From: an uncultured Phycisphaerales bacterium
GTDB lineage: Bacteria > Planctomycetota > Phycisphaerae > Tepidisphaerales > Tepidisphaeraceae
DNA: 64,000 bases
Direction: 5' to 3'
NCBI GenBank assembly: GCA_963758525.1
Contig: CAVWVQ010000003.1
Coordinates: forward strand, 3,680,001 to 3,744,000
Below the pieces are notes generated by a model. The model saw only the letters and a list, made by a program, of their open reading frames with translations, was not told where the DNA came from and searched no databases. Every line of letters starts with the position of its first letter. The first letter of the stretch is position 1. Shown here one piece after another: positions 1-9,885 of the stretch. The position numbers and the translations under genes are program-made.

Positions 1-436
1 GTGCGAGGTGAAGCTTCGCGATGCGAATCTGCAGGTCGGCTGCGTTCGCGTTCTCGGAAAAGGGATGAAGGAGCGTATCGTCCCCCTGGGCCAAATGGCG
101 GCCGAAGCGATCGCGCGGTATCTCGAAGGTTGCCGCCCAAACCTGCAGCGCCGCCCGTCCGACCTGCTGTTTCTCTCCCGCAGCGGCAAGCCCTTGGAGC
201 GGATCGGCCTCTGGATGCTCGTCGAAAAATACGGCCGCCGCAGCGGCCTGCTGAAAAGCATTTCTCCCCACACGCTGAGGCATTGCTTCGCCACCCACCT
301 CCTCGGCGGCGGCGCCGACCTGCGCGTCGTCCAGGAACTGCTGGGCCACAGTGACATCGCCACCACGCAAATCTACACGCACGTCGATCAGGACCGGCTC
401 AAGAGCGTCCACAAGCGCTTTCATCCCCGGGCGTGA
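1..436 (+). CDS. xerD: Tyrosine recombinase XerD (5'-truncated by window edge)
   Basis: ORF 8..436 has [40 protein letters not shown] and ends HPRA, typical of XerD/XerC. Confidence 0.85.
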   Translation, partial: CEVKLRDANLQVGCVRVLGKGMKERIVPLGQMAAEAIARYLEGCRPNLQRRPSDLLFLSRSGKPLERIGLWMLVEKYGRRSGLLKSISPHTLRHCFATHLLGGGADLRVVQELLGHSDIATTQIYTHVDQDRLKSVHKRFHPRA

Positions 437-543
437 GCGCCGTCGCGGTGTTGTATGACCACTTTACACCGCGCCGGTCGGCGGGGCGAGCAGGGTCGGA
501 ATGCCGCTTTTCGGGGCAGTAATCAGGTCCCGATTTTCCCGAT

Positions 544-1197
544 TTACAAAATTTTACGTTGGTGGACGACTCCGCGCAGATGAACCGGCAGCCAGCCGAT
601 CGCGGCTCCGACCAGATGCGCCAAGGGCACCGTGACAATACCAGCGCGCAGATCGCCGACGAACATTGCACGGTTCGTGCGGCAGTCCACCAGCGCCTTT
701 GCAACGAACAAAAGGATCAATGCTCTGTTCATCCACGGCATCAAGGTGGTGCGGCTCGACTTTACTTTTCGCGGCAACGGGACGGCTTTCTGGTGTTCGA
801 GGCGGACACTTCCGGCCGCCAGCATAAACAACGTGCAATCGATGCCGGACAGTCCCCGGTAGACGTGCAGACCCGGCAGCAGACACCACAAAGCCGCTGG
901 GATCAGCAGTGCGGCTGCGCCGACAGCCATCAGCATGGACGTTCGGCTCTGCAGCTCGCAGGTTGCCCCGAGAACGACCAACATCAGCACATCCCAACGC
1001 AGGTGCGATGCTGAATAGTGCGCCAAGTGGCAGGTAAGGATCCGCCAAAACTGCCCGTCGGCGATTCTGGCGCGATGGTATTCCAACAGCCGGGCGCAGC
1101 CTGGATTGAGGAAGATGACGACCGCCAGGCAGGCGAAGATGAACGTGATCCACGGCAGCCGTCGGCAGTCGAAGGCATCACGTTTTGGGATTCGCAT
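544..1197 (-). CDS. Rhombosortase (rhomboid-family intramembrane serine protease)
   Basis: WRILTCHLAHYSASHL, catalytic GLSG and AHLVG motifs, multiple TM segments; ATG at 1197; downstream of a GlyGly-CTERM-like protein. Confidence 0.8.
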   Translation of the reverse strand: MRIPKRDAFDCRRLPWITFIFACLAVVIFLNPGCARLLEYHRARIADGQFWRILTCHLAHYSASHLRWDVLMLVVLGATCELQSRTSMLMAVGAAALLIPAALWCLLPGLHVYRGLSGIDCTLFMLAAGSVRLEHQKAVPLPRKVKSSRTTLMPWMNRALILLFVAKALVDCRTNRAMFVGDLRAGIVTVPLAHLVGAAIGWLPVHLRGVVHQRKIL

Positions 1198-1391
1198 GAA
1201 GCACTCGCTTGCGGCGCTCACTTGCTGATCCGAGGGGCGGAGGCAGAAACCTCCGCGTCCGGCCTCCCCGCGCGGGGAAGGCCGGACGCTCTGAACTGAT
1301 GCCTTTGGGCGAAATGCGCCCTCGAGCAACGCTCATCTGTCCCACGCGCGGTCATGGATTTCGGCGGGGGACGGCTTGTGCTGGTGCCGGC

Positions 1392-3536
1392 TCAAGCCGC
1401 GCGCTTCCTCCTGATGGATGCACCCCATGCCAATGCGGCGACGGCCAGTGCCATCGCAGCGGTAAGAGGGTCGATCGCGCCGGCGCCCGTTGAGCTGCTG
1501 CCGCCGCTGGAACTGGGTAAGTCGGCGTTATGCCCGGCCGATTGCGGCGCGGCGAATGGTGCGCTCACGCCCGGCAGGCTGGCATCCGGGGAGTCTGTAG
1601 CGGAATCAGGGAGCATTGCGAGTTGCTTGGGCTCAACCGCCGCAGGCCCAAGGGCGTCGATGGCCTGGTTTCGCATCTTTTCAAGCTGATCGCGCAGGAC
1701 CGCTTCGCTCTGCCGATCGTGATCGAGCCGCAGCGCGTTGCGACGCTCGATGTGCCACCGCTGAAACTCCGCGTCGTTTTCCAGGACGATGAACGAGGTG
1801 TACTCGGTGGCGATGGAGTACCCTTCGCCAAGTTTGACGATCTTATCCACCACCGCGGAGCGCGAGCCGCTCGCGTCAGCCTCTTTCAGCAGGCCCTGTA
1901 CCTGGTGCCATGCCCACATCCGCTCGATCTCGGGGTTCGTCGTGTCCTGCTTGGGGAAGTCGAGCGAGACAGCGGTTTTCATCGGTTCATCGCCGATCTT
2001 GCCGGCGAGGGTGATGCAGCAAGCTCCGCCGATTTTGTATCGCCCATAGACGCGAACGGGAGCGCCGTAGTAAAGGTTGGGCAATTCGGCGGGAACCACG
2101 TCGTACACCTGAATGCCGCCGAAATCGACCTTAAGATCGCTCGCCACCGGTCGCAGAAGTTTGCGGCGGAAAGCTTCAGCGGCGCGGGCGAAGTTGTCGC
2201 CGTGGCTGAGAAACGCAGCCAGCCCTCCCGACTCGTCGGCAACGTTCTGCAGCAGCGGCTTGTTGACATCGTTGCCAACGCCGATGCTGAAAACGCGGCT
2301 GTTCGCCGGCCGCCCCTTGATCAACTGCAACAACGTTTGCGCATCGCCGGCGTCGGTCAGCCCGTCGCTAAGGATCACGACGTTGAGGGTGCGCTTGGGG
2401 TCATCGTACTTGTATGCGGTGTTCAGTGCCGGATTCAGCACCGTCCCGCCGCGCGCTTCCTGCGAGGCAAGAAACGCCTGCGCCGCCGCCTTTTGCTCGG
2501 CGGACGCCGGCATGATCTGATTGAACAACGGGTGAGCCGTGACATTGAAGGTCATGACTTCGAAACGGTCATCCTTGCCCAGGTTGTTGATAAACGCGTC
2601 CAGCGAGTTGCGCGACAGGTCGAGCTTCCCGTCGTCGCTCATGCTGCCGGAAATGTCGAGGATGAACACGTAGTCCATTCCCGCCTCCCGCTGCTTCAGT
2701 TCTTCGCCTGCCGTCATCGTCATGCAGAAATAACCGTCTTCTGCGCCCTGCCGGCTGGCGATCAGATCGATGCCCGTGTGCGGGCGCGACAAGTGGTACG
2801 CCAGCACCACGTCACGATTCAAATCTCCCTCACTGGTCTCCAGGCTGGCCTGGAAGTATTTGGCATTGTGCTGTGCGATGGCAAAATCCTTGGGATGGCT
2901 CGGGCTCTCCATCGCGACGACCGGCACTTCGCTTTTCACATCCACCGTCATGGAGAATTTGCCTCTCGCGTGGCTGTCGATCCGTCCTCGCGTGGTCGTG
3001 GCCAGCGGGTAGACCAGCGTGGCCCAATCATGGTCCACGTCCAATTCCTGGTAGTAGACGACCTGCACCTTCTGCTGGGCCCGCGCGGCGATGGGGAAGA
3101 CGCGCATCTCGAAGGTCTTGTAGTCCACTTGTTCCAGCAGCCCCGGGTCACGCTTCTGCTGCTTGTAGCTGTTATAGATTTGGCGGGCCTTGTCCTTTTC
3201 CAGTACCTCTCCGACCATCTCCTTCCCGTCGATCCACATGGAGAAGCTCGCGACCGAGGCATTGTTGGGAACCGGGAAGGTATACAGCGCCTCGACCTGC
3301 TTGTTTTCCAGGTTCTGGAACACCTGCGTCACTTGCGTGACTGCAATTCCGTTGTTGATCGTAACCTTCACGGAGTGCTCCTTGATCTCCAGTTGCCCGC
3401 CAAGCCCGCCATCGGCGATGAGCATCCCGGCAGCGCGAGCGCGTGCCGCCGTGAGGGAGATCATCAGCAGCAGCGCGATCACGCCCGGCGGCGCCGAGCG
3501 GCGGTTGAACGACGTTGACCATATAGATCGAACCAT
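1392..3536 (-). CDS. Secreted VIT + vWA domain protein with GlyGly-CTERM-like sorting tail
   Basis: Signal peptide, VIT domain (EALYTFPVP), MIDAS DISGSM, LSDG; C-terminal S/G-rich linker, GAGAIDP, TM helix, RRKR. Confidence 0.85.
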   Translation of the reverse strand: MVRSIWSTSFNRRSAPPGVIALLLMISLTAARARAAGMLIADGGLGGQLEIKEHSVKVTINNGIAVTQVTQVFQNLENKQVEALYTFPVPNNASVASFSMWIDGKEMVGEVLEKDKARQIYNSYKQQKRDPGLLEQVDYKTFEMRVFPIAARAQQKVQVVYYQELDVDHDWATLVYPLATTTRGRIDSHARGKFSMTVDVKSEVPVVAMESPSHPKDFAIAQHNAKYFQASLETSEGDLNRDVVLAYHLSRPHTGIDLIASRQGAEDGYFCMTMTAGEELKQREAGMDYVFILDISGSMSDDGKLDLSRNSLDAFINNLGKDDRFEVMTFNVTAHPLFNQIMPASAEQKAAAQAFLASQEARGGTVLNPALNTAYKYDDPKRTLNVVILSDGLTDAGDAQTLLQLIKGRPANSRVFSIGVGNDVNKPLLQNVADESGGLAAFLSHGDNFARAAEAFRRKLLRPVASDLKVDFGGIQVYDVVPAELPNLYYGAPVRVYGRYKIGGACCITLAGKIGDEPMKTAVSLDFPKQDTTNPEIERMWAWHQVQGLLKEADASGSRSAVVDKIVKLGEGYSIATEYTSFIVLENDAEFQRWHIERRNALRLDHDRQSEAVLRDQLEKMRNQAIDALGPAAVEPKQLAMLPDSATDSPDASLPGVSAPFAAPQSAGHNADLPSSSGGSSSTGAGAIDPLTAAMALAVAALAWGASIRRKRAA

Positions 3537-3662
3537 GATTCAGCTCCTTTCCAAGAGCATTAGAAAGGGGACGTGTTTTCGTGCCGCCCTGGCAGCCGAC
3601 GGGTGATCGAGTCGCGCCGTCCCTTTAGACGCGTTCGAGTTGGCTGAGGCCCTGGTGCTCAA

Positions 3663-3678
3663 AGCGAAGGCGGTGCCG
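3663..3678 (-). promoter_or_regulatory. Putative sigma-54 (-24/-12) promoter for the VIT-vWA/rhombosortase operon
   Basis: Minus strand CGGCACCGCCTTCGCT: GGCAC with GG-N10-GC spacing, ~127 nt upstream of the VIT-vWA start, next to a divergent sigma-54 activator. Confidence 0.6.
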
Positions 3679-3749
3679 TCGCGGGTTCCGCGTTTTCGCG
3701 GCCCTGAGTGGCGTTCTGTGCCTCGCGTCCTTACAACTCAATACATTCT

Positions 3750-3777
3750 TTGCGCAATGGCAGTACATTGGATGTAC
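3750..3777. promoter_or_regulatory. Candidate enhancer/operator palindromes
   Basis: TTGCGCAA (3750-3757) and GTACAT-TGG-ATGTAC (3763-3777) in an AT-richer patch 70-100 nt upstream of the -24 box. Confidence 0.35.
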
Positions 3778-3786
3778 ACTGCCGGC

Positions 3787-5343
3787 ATGCTCTTTACGTC
3801 GGCCCAAAGACGCGTCGCTGAGGCATTTCGCACGCTCGTTTACTGCAACCCCTTCCTTCCGGAGCGAGCGACCTGCGAGCAGGACATCCTGGGCGCCGAT
3901 GCTGATGTGCTCGACTCACCCTGGAACGTCATTCACGACGTTGCCGGCGGGCGGCGAAATCTTGCGCGGTTGAGGGATCGGGCCGAGGACCTGGCCTCCA
4001 GCGCCCGCGAGCGTGTCGTTGCCGGCGTCACGCCGGTCCCCGGGGAGACCGAACTGTACGAAAATCTGGTCGTCTACGTGCTCTACTACCGCTGCTACGA
4101 TCAGCTCAATCTGCCGATCCAGCAGGCCGGGAATGCCGCGGCGGCTAAAGGCAAAGTCGCCCAAGGCGCGGTGAAGCGAGCTCCCCAGCGCGTTGCCGGG
4201 TACGGTGAGCTGGTCCGCGGCGCCCGCCACTTCCTGCAGCCGCTGGAAACCTCGCTGACGGTGGCGCACGATCCGGCGCACCTGATGGCGCTATTTTTCC
4301 AGATCCGGCGTGCGTTTCACCACATTTTCAGCTTCCTCGCCGGTCGCACGATGGCGGCGGCGCGGCTTCGGGCGGCGGTCTGGGAGTCGATTTTCACTCA
4401 CGACATGGCCCGATATCGTCGCACCCTCTACTGCCGCATGGCGGATTTCACCACGCTGATTACCGGTCCGTCCGGAACCGGCAAGGAACTGGTCGCCCGC
4501 GCAATTGCGCTCTCGCGCTACATCCCCTTTGATGAGAAGCGCCAATGCTTCGTTGAAGACTTCGCCGGATCGTTCGCCGCACTGAGTCTCTCTGCGCTCT
4601 CGCCAACATTGATCGAGTCGGAGTTGTTTGGCCATCGCCGCGGGGCATTCACCGGCGCGCTCGACGACCGCGCTGGATGGCTGGAAACCTGCCCGGCGCA
4701 CGGCACCGTCTTCCTCGACGAGATCGGTGAGCTGGACGGGCCGATACAGGTGAAGCTGCTGCGGGTGCTCCAGGACCGCGTCTTTCAGCGCCTCGGCGAT
4801 ACCGCTTCCCGCACCTTCCGCGGCAAGATCGTGGCTGCCACCCACCGCGATCTCGCCGCCGAGATGGCCGCCGGACGTTTTCGCACCGACTTTTATTATC
4901 GCCTCTGTTCCGACCTGGTCCGCACGCCATCATTGCGGGAACAGTTACTCGAACGCCCAGAGGAGCTGCGCGACCTGGTTCTCTTCATCGCGCGTCGCGA
5001 GGCCGCCGGGGAGGCCGATACCGTTGCCGACGAAGTCGTTGCCTGGATCGACAAGTCCCTCGGCCGCGATTATCCCTGGCCCGGTAATTTTCGGGAGTTG
5101 GAACAGTGCGTTCGGAACGTTCTGGTGAGAAGCAGGTATACGCCCCCCGCGATGTCGTCGACCGACGCATTGGATGATTTGTTCCGAAACATCAGAACTG
5201 CGAGCCTCACGGCCGAAGAGTTGCTTCGTGCATACTGCGCGCTGGTCTACGCCCAGACCGGCAGCTATGAAGAGACTGCGCGGCGAGTGAAGCTGGACCG
5301 CCGGACTGTTAAGAGCAAAGTTCAGCCGTCGTCCGCAAGGTAG
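3787..5343 (+). CDS. Sigma-54-dependent transcriptional activator (AAA+ bEBP)
   Basis: GPSGTGKE, ESELFGH..GAFTGA, FLDEIGE, WPGNFRELEQ, C-terminal HTH; N-terminal domain not recognised; start chosen at ATG 3787. Confidence 0.9.
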   Translation: MLFTSAQRRVAEAFRTLVYCNPFLPERATCEQDILGADADVLDSPWNVIHDVAGGRRNLARLRDRAEDLASSARERVVAGVTPVPGETELYENLVVYVLYYRCYDQLNLPIQQAGNAAAAKGKVAQGAVKRAPQRVAGYGELVRGARHFLQPLETSLTVAHDPAHLMALFFQIRRAFHHIFSFLAGRTMAAARLRAAVWESIFTHDMARYRRTLYCRMADFTTLITGPSGTGKELVARAIALSRYIPFDEKRQCFVEDFAGSFAALSLSALSPTLIESELFGHRRGAFTGALDDRAGWLETCPAHGTVFLDEIGELDGPIQVKLLRVLQDRVFQRLGDTASRTFRGKIVAATHRDLAAEMAAGRFRTDFYYRLCSDLVRTPSLREQLLERPEELRDLVLFIARREAAGEADTVADEVVAWIDKSLGRDYPWPGNFRELEQCVRNVLVRSRYTPPAMSSTDALDDLFRNIRTASLTAEELLRAYCALVYAQTGSYEETARRVKLDRRTVKSKVQPSSAR

Positions 5344-5558
5344 CGAAGGACGCATCGTTCCCCTCGCCCAGCCCGCGGCGAAGCGATCGCCCGCTCTCTC
5401 GACAGCACCCTGGTACCGCGTTTCCCGTCAGACGGCTGTTAAGTACGTCTGGTCCACCTCATACGCCCAATAGCGGGCATGGAAGTACGGTGCTCACGGT
5501 CCAGCGCCAATGCCGAGCACCGGAACGAAACGGCTGCGATTGTTGAAAAATTCGCCGC

Positions 5559-5801
5559 TCAGTCGGGCTTGCGGTCAGTTTCCACCGGTTCATGGTCAGG
5601 GACGGCAGCCAGGAACCGGTCAAAGTCGGCGCGGCGGCCGCTGGCCGCTTCGTGACGCAGATATTCGAGTGTGCGAAGTGCGGCCATCTTCTCGGCCGCG
5701 GCGCTGGCCAAAAATTGGTCCACGGAGTATCCCTCTTCGGCGGCCAGCGCTTGGATGCTCCGCTGAAGCGACTCGGGAAGTTCGACAGTCAGTTTGCTCA
5801 C
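5559..5801 (-). CDS. Putative antitoxin (RHH/HicB-like DNA-binding)
   Basis: 80 aa, LTVELPESL...EGYSVDQF..SAAAEK; overlaps the stop of the PIN gene. Confidence 0.75.
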   Translation of the reverse strand: MSKLTVELPESLQRSIQALAAEEGYSVDQFLASAAAEKMAALRTLEYLRHEAASGRRADFDRFLAAVPDHEPVETDRKPD

Positions 5802-6217
5802 GGTCTGCTACCTTCTGCGATCATTTTCAGGAAATGCCGCGGCGTAACGGCCTGAACGCCCAACTGCTCACAGCCACGGAAATCCCGGATGTTGGGGGTC
5901 ACGATATATGGACAGTTCGCGGCAAACGCTAACTCCAGAACCATATCGTCGTTCGGATCAGGAAGAAACGGCCGCCAAAAAAAGAAAATATCCTGCAGCC
6001 ATGCCTGGGCGGCAAGGTATCGCAGGAAACCCAGTGCATTATCGGAACTCTGCCCCGGAGGCAGGTGCTCGGGCCGGGTCAGTACGTCCTGCCATTCCGC
6101 GTAGAGTCCGATCGACAGACAGATTTCAAAACGAGGCGATGGAATCTCACTGACGAGCGCGAAGCTTGCTCCGCGCCGCGAGCGAACCGCGGCAACAAGA
6201 ACCGACGTATCTTTCAT
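5798..6217 (-). CDS. PIN-domain toxin (VapC-like)
   Basis: DTSVLVAAVRSRRGAS, LPDPNDDMVLELA, IVTPNIRDF; ATG 6217 overlaps Pnkp stop (ATGA). Confidence 0.8.
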   Translation of the reverse strand: MKDTSVLVAAVRSRRGASFALVSEIPSPRFEICLSIGLYAEWQDVLTRPEHLPPGQSSDNALGFLRYLAAQAWLQDIFFFWRPFLPDPNDDMVLELAFAANCPYIVTPNIRDFRGCEQLGVQAVTPRHFLKMIAEGSRP

Positions 6218-8790
6218 AACCTCGGATCCACCGGCTCGCTCTCCAGCGCCAAAACTGCAAAGACACATTCATGCACCCGCCGCAGCGGCTCACGGCGGGC
6301 GAATCGCTCAAGTCCTTCAATGCCCAGGGCGAACTCCCGCAGCGCGAGCGATCGCTTGGCCGCCAGCCCGCGCGAACGAAGGCGCTCCAGATTACCTGGC
6401 GCGTCGTACTCCGGGCCGTAGATGATGCGCAGATATTCCAGCCCGCGGCACTTGACCGCCGGCTGCACCAGACCTTTCTTTCCGCGCACGACAAATTCCA
6501 GCGGCTTGACGACCATTCCCTCGCCGCCGGCGGCGGTGAGCTGCTCCCACCAGGCGATTCCAGCCGCGACCTCGGCCGGGTCGGTCACGTTGACGACGCG
6601 ATGTGCGGTCGTCATCAACGGGCCTGGCAATGCATCGTTGGTCAGTCTTGCCAGCATTTGCATGTGCCAATGGTGGTCGCGATCAACGTGAACTTTTCCC
6701 TCGCTGGCAAGAAGATGGAACGGCGCCAGGCGCAGATCGGAAACGCCGTTCACCGGCCAGCAATATCGGCGGTATGACTCGACGTATTGATGCACCCGCG
6801 TGAGCCGGCTGCGCTGCTTTTCCAGCATCGCATCGATCTGGGCTGCCGATGCAGTGCCCGCGAAATGGTCAGCTGTCTGCTGCAAGAGATCGATCGATTC
6901 GGCGACGGCGGCGCTCGATGCCGATCCGACCGCCGCGTATTGGTTCTTCAGCAGTTCCTGCGCCTTGGCCGACCAGGGCATCAACTCGCAGTCGAGGCAG
7001 AACCAGTCGGTCGAAAGTTCGTGCCACAGGTTCGCCCGCGTCAGCCCGTCGCGAACAGTGTTGAGCAACTCGGCCTCGACAGAGCGATCCTCGAAGAACC
7101 GTCGGCCGGTACGCGTGTAAATGATTCCAGCCGTCGCTTCCCGAACTGCAAAGCGACTGCGGGCCGTCGCCTCATCCCGGCAGACGATGACCACCGCCCG
7201 CGACCCCATGTGCTTCTCCTGGCACATGACGGTTTCCGCGCCGGCGGTTCGGAAATAATCGAACGCCTCCTGCGGATGCTCGAGCAAACCCGGCAGTTGC
7301 GTCGTGCCGGTCGGCGACATTGTGGGCGGCAGATAGATCAGCCATTTCGGATCGACCGCGAACCGGCTCATCACTTCCAGCGCGGCCGTGGCGTTTTCCT
7401 CGCGGACGGTGACGCTGTGATGCAGCCGCGTTGTGATGAGGCGCTTGCCGGTCACGTCCGCCAGGTCCAGCACATCGTCATGCTGCTGTTGCGCGCTGAG
7501 TTCCGGCTGCACGTGCGGCGCGAGAAACGGCCGAGCCGGTTCTGCGTACGTCCTGCGGGCAGGCACTGAGATGATCTCTTTCTCAGGCCAGCGCAGCGCG
7601 GAGAGCTTTCCGCCAAAGACGCAGCCGGTGTCGATATTGATCGTGCGGTTCAGCCAGTCGGCTTCGAGAACGGGCGTGTGACCGTACACAACATGTGACG
7701 GTCCGCGATATTCCGCGGCCCAGTGGTAACGAATCGGCAGGCCGAATTCGTCGGTTTCACCCGTCGTCTCTCCGTAGAGCGCAAATTCGCGAACGCGCCG
7801 CGAAGCCCGGCCGATGTATCGCTGCTTCATTCCGGCGTGAGAGACGACAAGCCGACCGCCGTCGAGCACGTAGTGACCGACCAGCGAATCAATGAAGTTT
7901 GCGACTTCATCGCAAAATTGCGGAGACTGCCCTTCAAGTTGTTCCAGCGTTTCTGCCAGGCCATGCGTGATCTGAACGTTTTTGCCCCGCAGTTTTCGCA
8001 GCAGCTTCGCGTCATGATTGCCGGGCAGGCACAGGGCCGTGCCGGCTCGCACCATCGACATCACGAGCTTGAAGACCTCGACGACTTTGGGGCCGCGGTC
8101 GTTCAGGTCGCCGAGAAAAATTGCCTTGCGCCCGCTCGGTGGAGTCACCGCGATATTTTCGCTGGTCGTTTCGATCTGGTAGCCAAGGGATGTGAGCAAT
8201 TCGGCCAGCTCGTCATAGCAGCCGTGTACGTCGCCGATGATGTCAAATGGGCCGGTGTCAGATTTGCGATCATTCCACAGCGGTTGCCGTTCGATGCTGA
8301 CGCTCTCCACTTCCTCTGGCGTCTGGAGGATATGCACGTAGCGGAATCCCTCCCGTTCCAGTCCGCGCAAGCTTCGCCGAAGCTGCATCAGTTGATTGCG
8401 AATCACATGCGGCCCGAACGCGCGATCCGCCCGGCCCCGATTGCGCTCCTGACAAACGTCCTCCGGCATCTTCAGCACGATCGCCACCGGCAGAACGTCA
8501 TGCTCGCGCGCGAGCTCGACCAGCGGTTTGCGTGCTTCGCTCTGCACATTGGTCGCATCAATCACCGTGAGAAGTCCGCGGCCGAGGCGCTTTCCCGCGA
8601 CAAACTTCAGCACGTCAAACGCGTCCGCGGTCGCTTCCTGGCTGTTCTCGTCATCGCTGACCAGTCCGCGACAGAAGTCTGACGAAATCACCTCCGTTGG
8701 CTTGAAGTGCTTCCGCGCGAATGTGGACTTGCCGCAACCGGATGGGCCGATGAGGACGACAAGAGATAGTTCGGGGACGGTTAGTTTCAT
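6214..8790 (-). CDS. pnkp: Bacterial polynucleotide kinase-phosphatase-ligase Pnkp
   Basis: P-loop GPSGCGKS, metallophosphoesterase GDVHG/GDLNDRG/GNHD, ligase motif QEKHMGSR, C-terminus ESEPVDPRL. Confidence 0.95.
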   Translation of the reverse strand: MKLTVPELSLVVLIGPSGCGKSTFARKHFKPTEVISSDFCRGLVSDDENSQEATADAFDVLKFVAGKRLGRGLLTVIDATNVQSEARKPLVELAREHDVLPVAIVLKMPEDVCQERNRGRADRAFGPHVIRNQLMQLRRSLRGLEREGFRYVHILQTPEEVESVSIERQPLWNDRKSDTGPFDIIGDVHGCYDELAELLTSLGYQIETTSENIAVTPPSGRKAIFLGDLNDRGPKVVEVFKLVMSMVRAGTALCLPGNHDAKLLRKLRGKNVQITHGLAETLEQLEGQSPQFCDEVANFIDSLVGHYVLDGGRLVVSHAGMKQRYIGRASRRVREFALYGETTGETDEFGLPIRYHWAAEYRGPSHVVYGHTPVLEADWLNRTINIDTGCVFGGKLSALRWPEKEIISVPARRTYAEPARPFLAPHVQPELSAQQQHDDVLDLADVTGKRLITTRLHHSVTVREENATAALEVMSRFAVDPKWLIYLPPTMSPTGTTQLPGLLEHPQEAFDYFRTAGAETVMCQEKHMGSRAVVIVCRDEATARSRFAVREATAGIIYTRTGRRFFEDRSVEAELLNTVRDGLTRANLWHELSTDWFCLDCELMPWSAKAQELLKNQYAAVGSASSAAVAESIDLLQQTADHFAGTASAAQIDAMLEKQRSRLTRVHQYVESYRRYCWPVNGVSDLRLAPFHLLASEGKVHVDRDHHWHMQMLARLTNDALPGPLMTTAHRVVNVTDPAEVAAGIAWWEQLTAAGGEGMVVKPLEFVVRGKKGLVQPAVKCRGLEYLRIIYGPEYDAPGNLERLRSRGLAAKRSLALREFALGIEGLERFARREPLRRVHECVFAVLALESEPVDPRL

Positions 8791-8847
8791 AGAGGCCCGT
8801 TTGTCTTGATACGCGGCGATTCCGCGTGGTGGTCAAGCGACAGTGTT

Positions 8848-8916
8848 GTACTGCGGGATTCATTCCGCCGTGATTTCTCGCGCCCGACACCATGGCGGGA
8901 TGAATCCCGCCCTACA
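8848..8916. repeat. GTAG-type REP doublet (family A)
   Basis: Inverted arms GCGGGATTCATTCCGCC / GGCGGGATGAATCCCGCCCTAC; same family at 9793 and 63010. Confidence 0.85.
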
Positions 8917-9000
8917 CGAGACGTGCATGCGACTGCTGGCGACTCGACCCCTCGATTCAACCGGCATCGACCCGCTCTTGGCGATCAACATCCTTCCTCC

Positions 9001-9765
9001 TTACGTTTGCGACAGCCTGATTTGAAGCAACAGCTCGTGCAGATCCGCCTTGCCCGAGGGGTTATCCGGCAACGCGCTGCCCTCGTGAGCGTGCTGCAAC
9101 TTGTCGCGCAGACGATGGTATTCGAGTTGGTGAAACTCGATCTCCCCGTCCGCGAGGGTCGTTTGCTCGGCGCTGGCGATCTTGCGCGAGATCAGATCAC
9201 GGACATGGGCCAGCCTCTGCTCGTCGTTGAGCGTGCCGAGGTTCGCTTCGACCTGGCCGGTTTGCATCAGATGAATCCCGGTGAGGAGCACGCGGTAAAC
9301 GTAGAGCAACGGCTTGACCCGCCGAGGTCTCTCCTTCTCAAAAAGCTTCCATTGCGTCTCGGCAAAGCCGAAATAGTGGTGCGCGTGGTGACGCGTGATG
9401 CACCTTGTGGCAATCTGCTCGAGAAGATCGTGCTGCGGCGTTGTCATCACGATGAGCGGCGAATAAAGCTGTTCGAGCACGTATCCGTTCTTTTTCAGAA
9501 GCAGTGAGAAGAATTTGTGCGCGTCGTGAGTGACCAGATCGAGTTCGACGCCATCGCGATCATCTGCCACTTCAATCGTCTCCGGCCCGGTTTGCAGGCC
9601 GGCGACTCGATCGAGCGGCAGGATATGGACGCCGCGCAAATCGTAATCGCTGTCCGGCGACGCAAAGCCGTACAGGTGCGCTCCGCTGATCGTGACGAAC
9701 AGAAGCGGATAAGGCTGCGATTCGGCGACCTTTTTGAGAACCGGCAACATCACTGGCGGTGACAC
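9001..9765 (-). CDS. Pol-beta superfamily nucleotidyltransferase (RlaP/YcgL-like)
   Basis: SGAHLYGFASPDSDYDLRGVH motif, KKNGYVLEQLYSP. Confidence 0.85.
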   Translation of the reverse strand: MSPPVMLPVLKKVAESQPYPLLFVTISGAHLYGFASPDSDYDLRGVHILPLDRVAGLQTGPETIEVADDRDGVELDLVTHDAHKFFSLLLKKNGYVLEQLYSPLIVMTTPQHDLLEQIATRCITRHHAHHYFGFAETQWKLFEKERPRRVKPLLYVYRVLLTGIHLMQTGQVEANLGTLNDEQRLAHVRDLISRKIASAEQTTLADGEIEFHQLEYHRLRDKLQHAHEGSALPDNPSGKADLHELLLQIRLSQT

Positions 9766-9792
9766 TCCTGTCGAAGCTACGGGTGAATCGAT

Positions 9793-9863
9793 GTAGGGCG
9801 GGATTCATTCCGCCGTGATTTCGCGAGAGATCGGAACAGACGGCGGGATGAATCCCGCCCTAC
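9793..9863. repeat. GTAG-type REP doublet (family A)
   Basis: GTAGGGCGGGATTCATTCCGCCGT ... ACGGCGGGATGAATCCCGCCCTAC. Confidence 0.9.
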
Positions 9864-9885
9864 GGGGAGAACGATATCGCCGAGC

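Noticed and set aside
1..436. Integrase marking a genomic island edge
   Set aside because: Sequence fits housekeeping XerD; no att site, tRNA or phage genes seen
1530..3518. 662-aa + strand ORF
   Set aside because: Antisense shadow of the VIT-vWA gene, common in GC-rich DNA; no motifs
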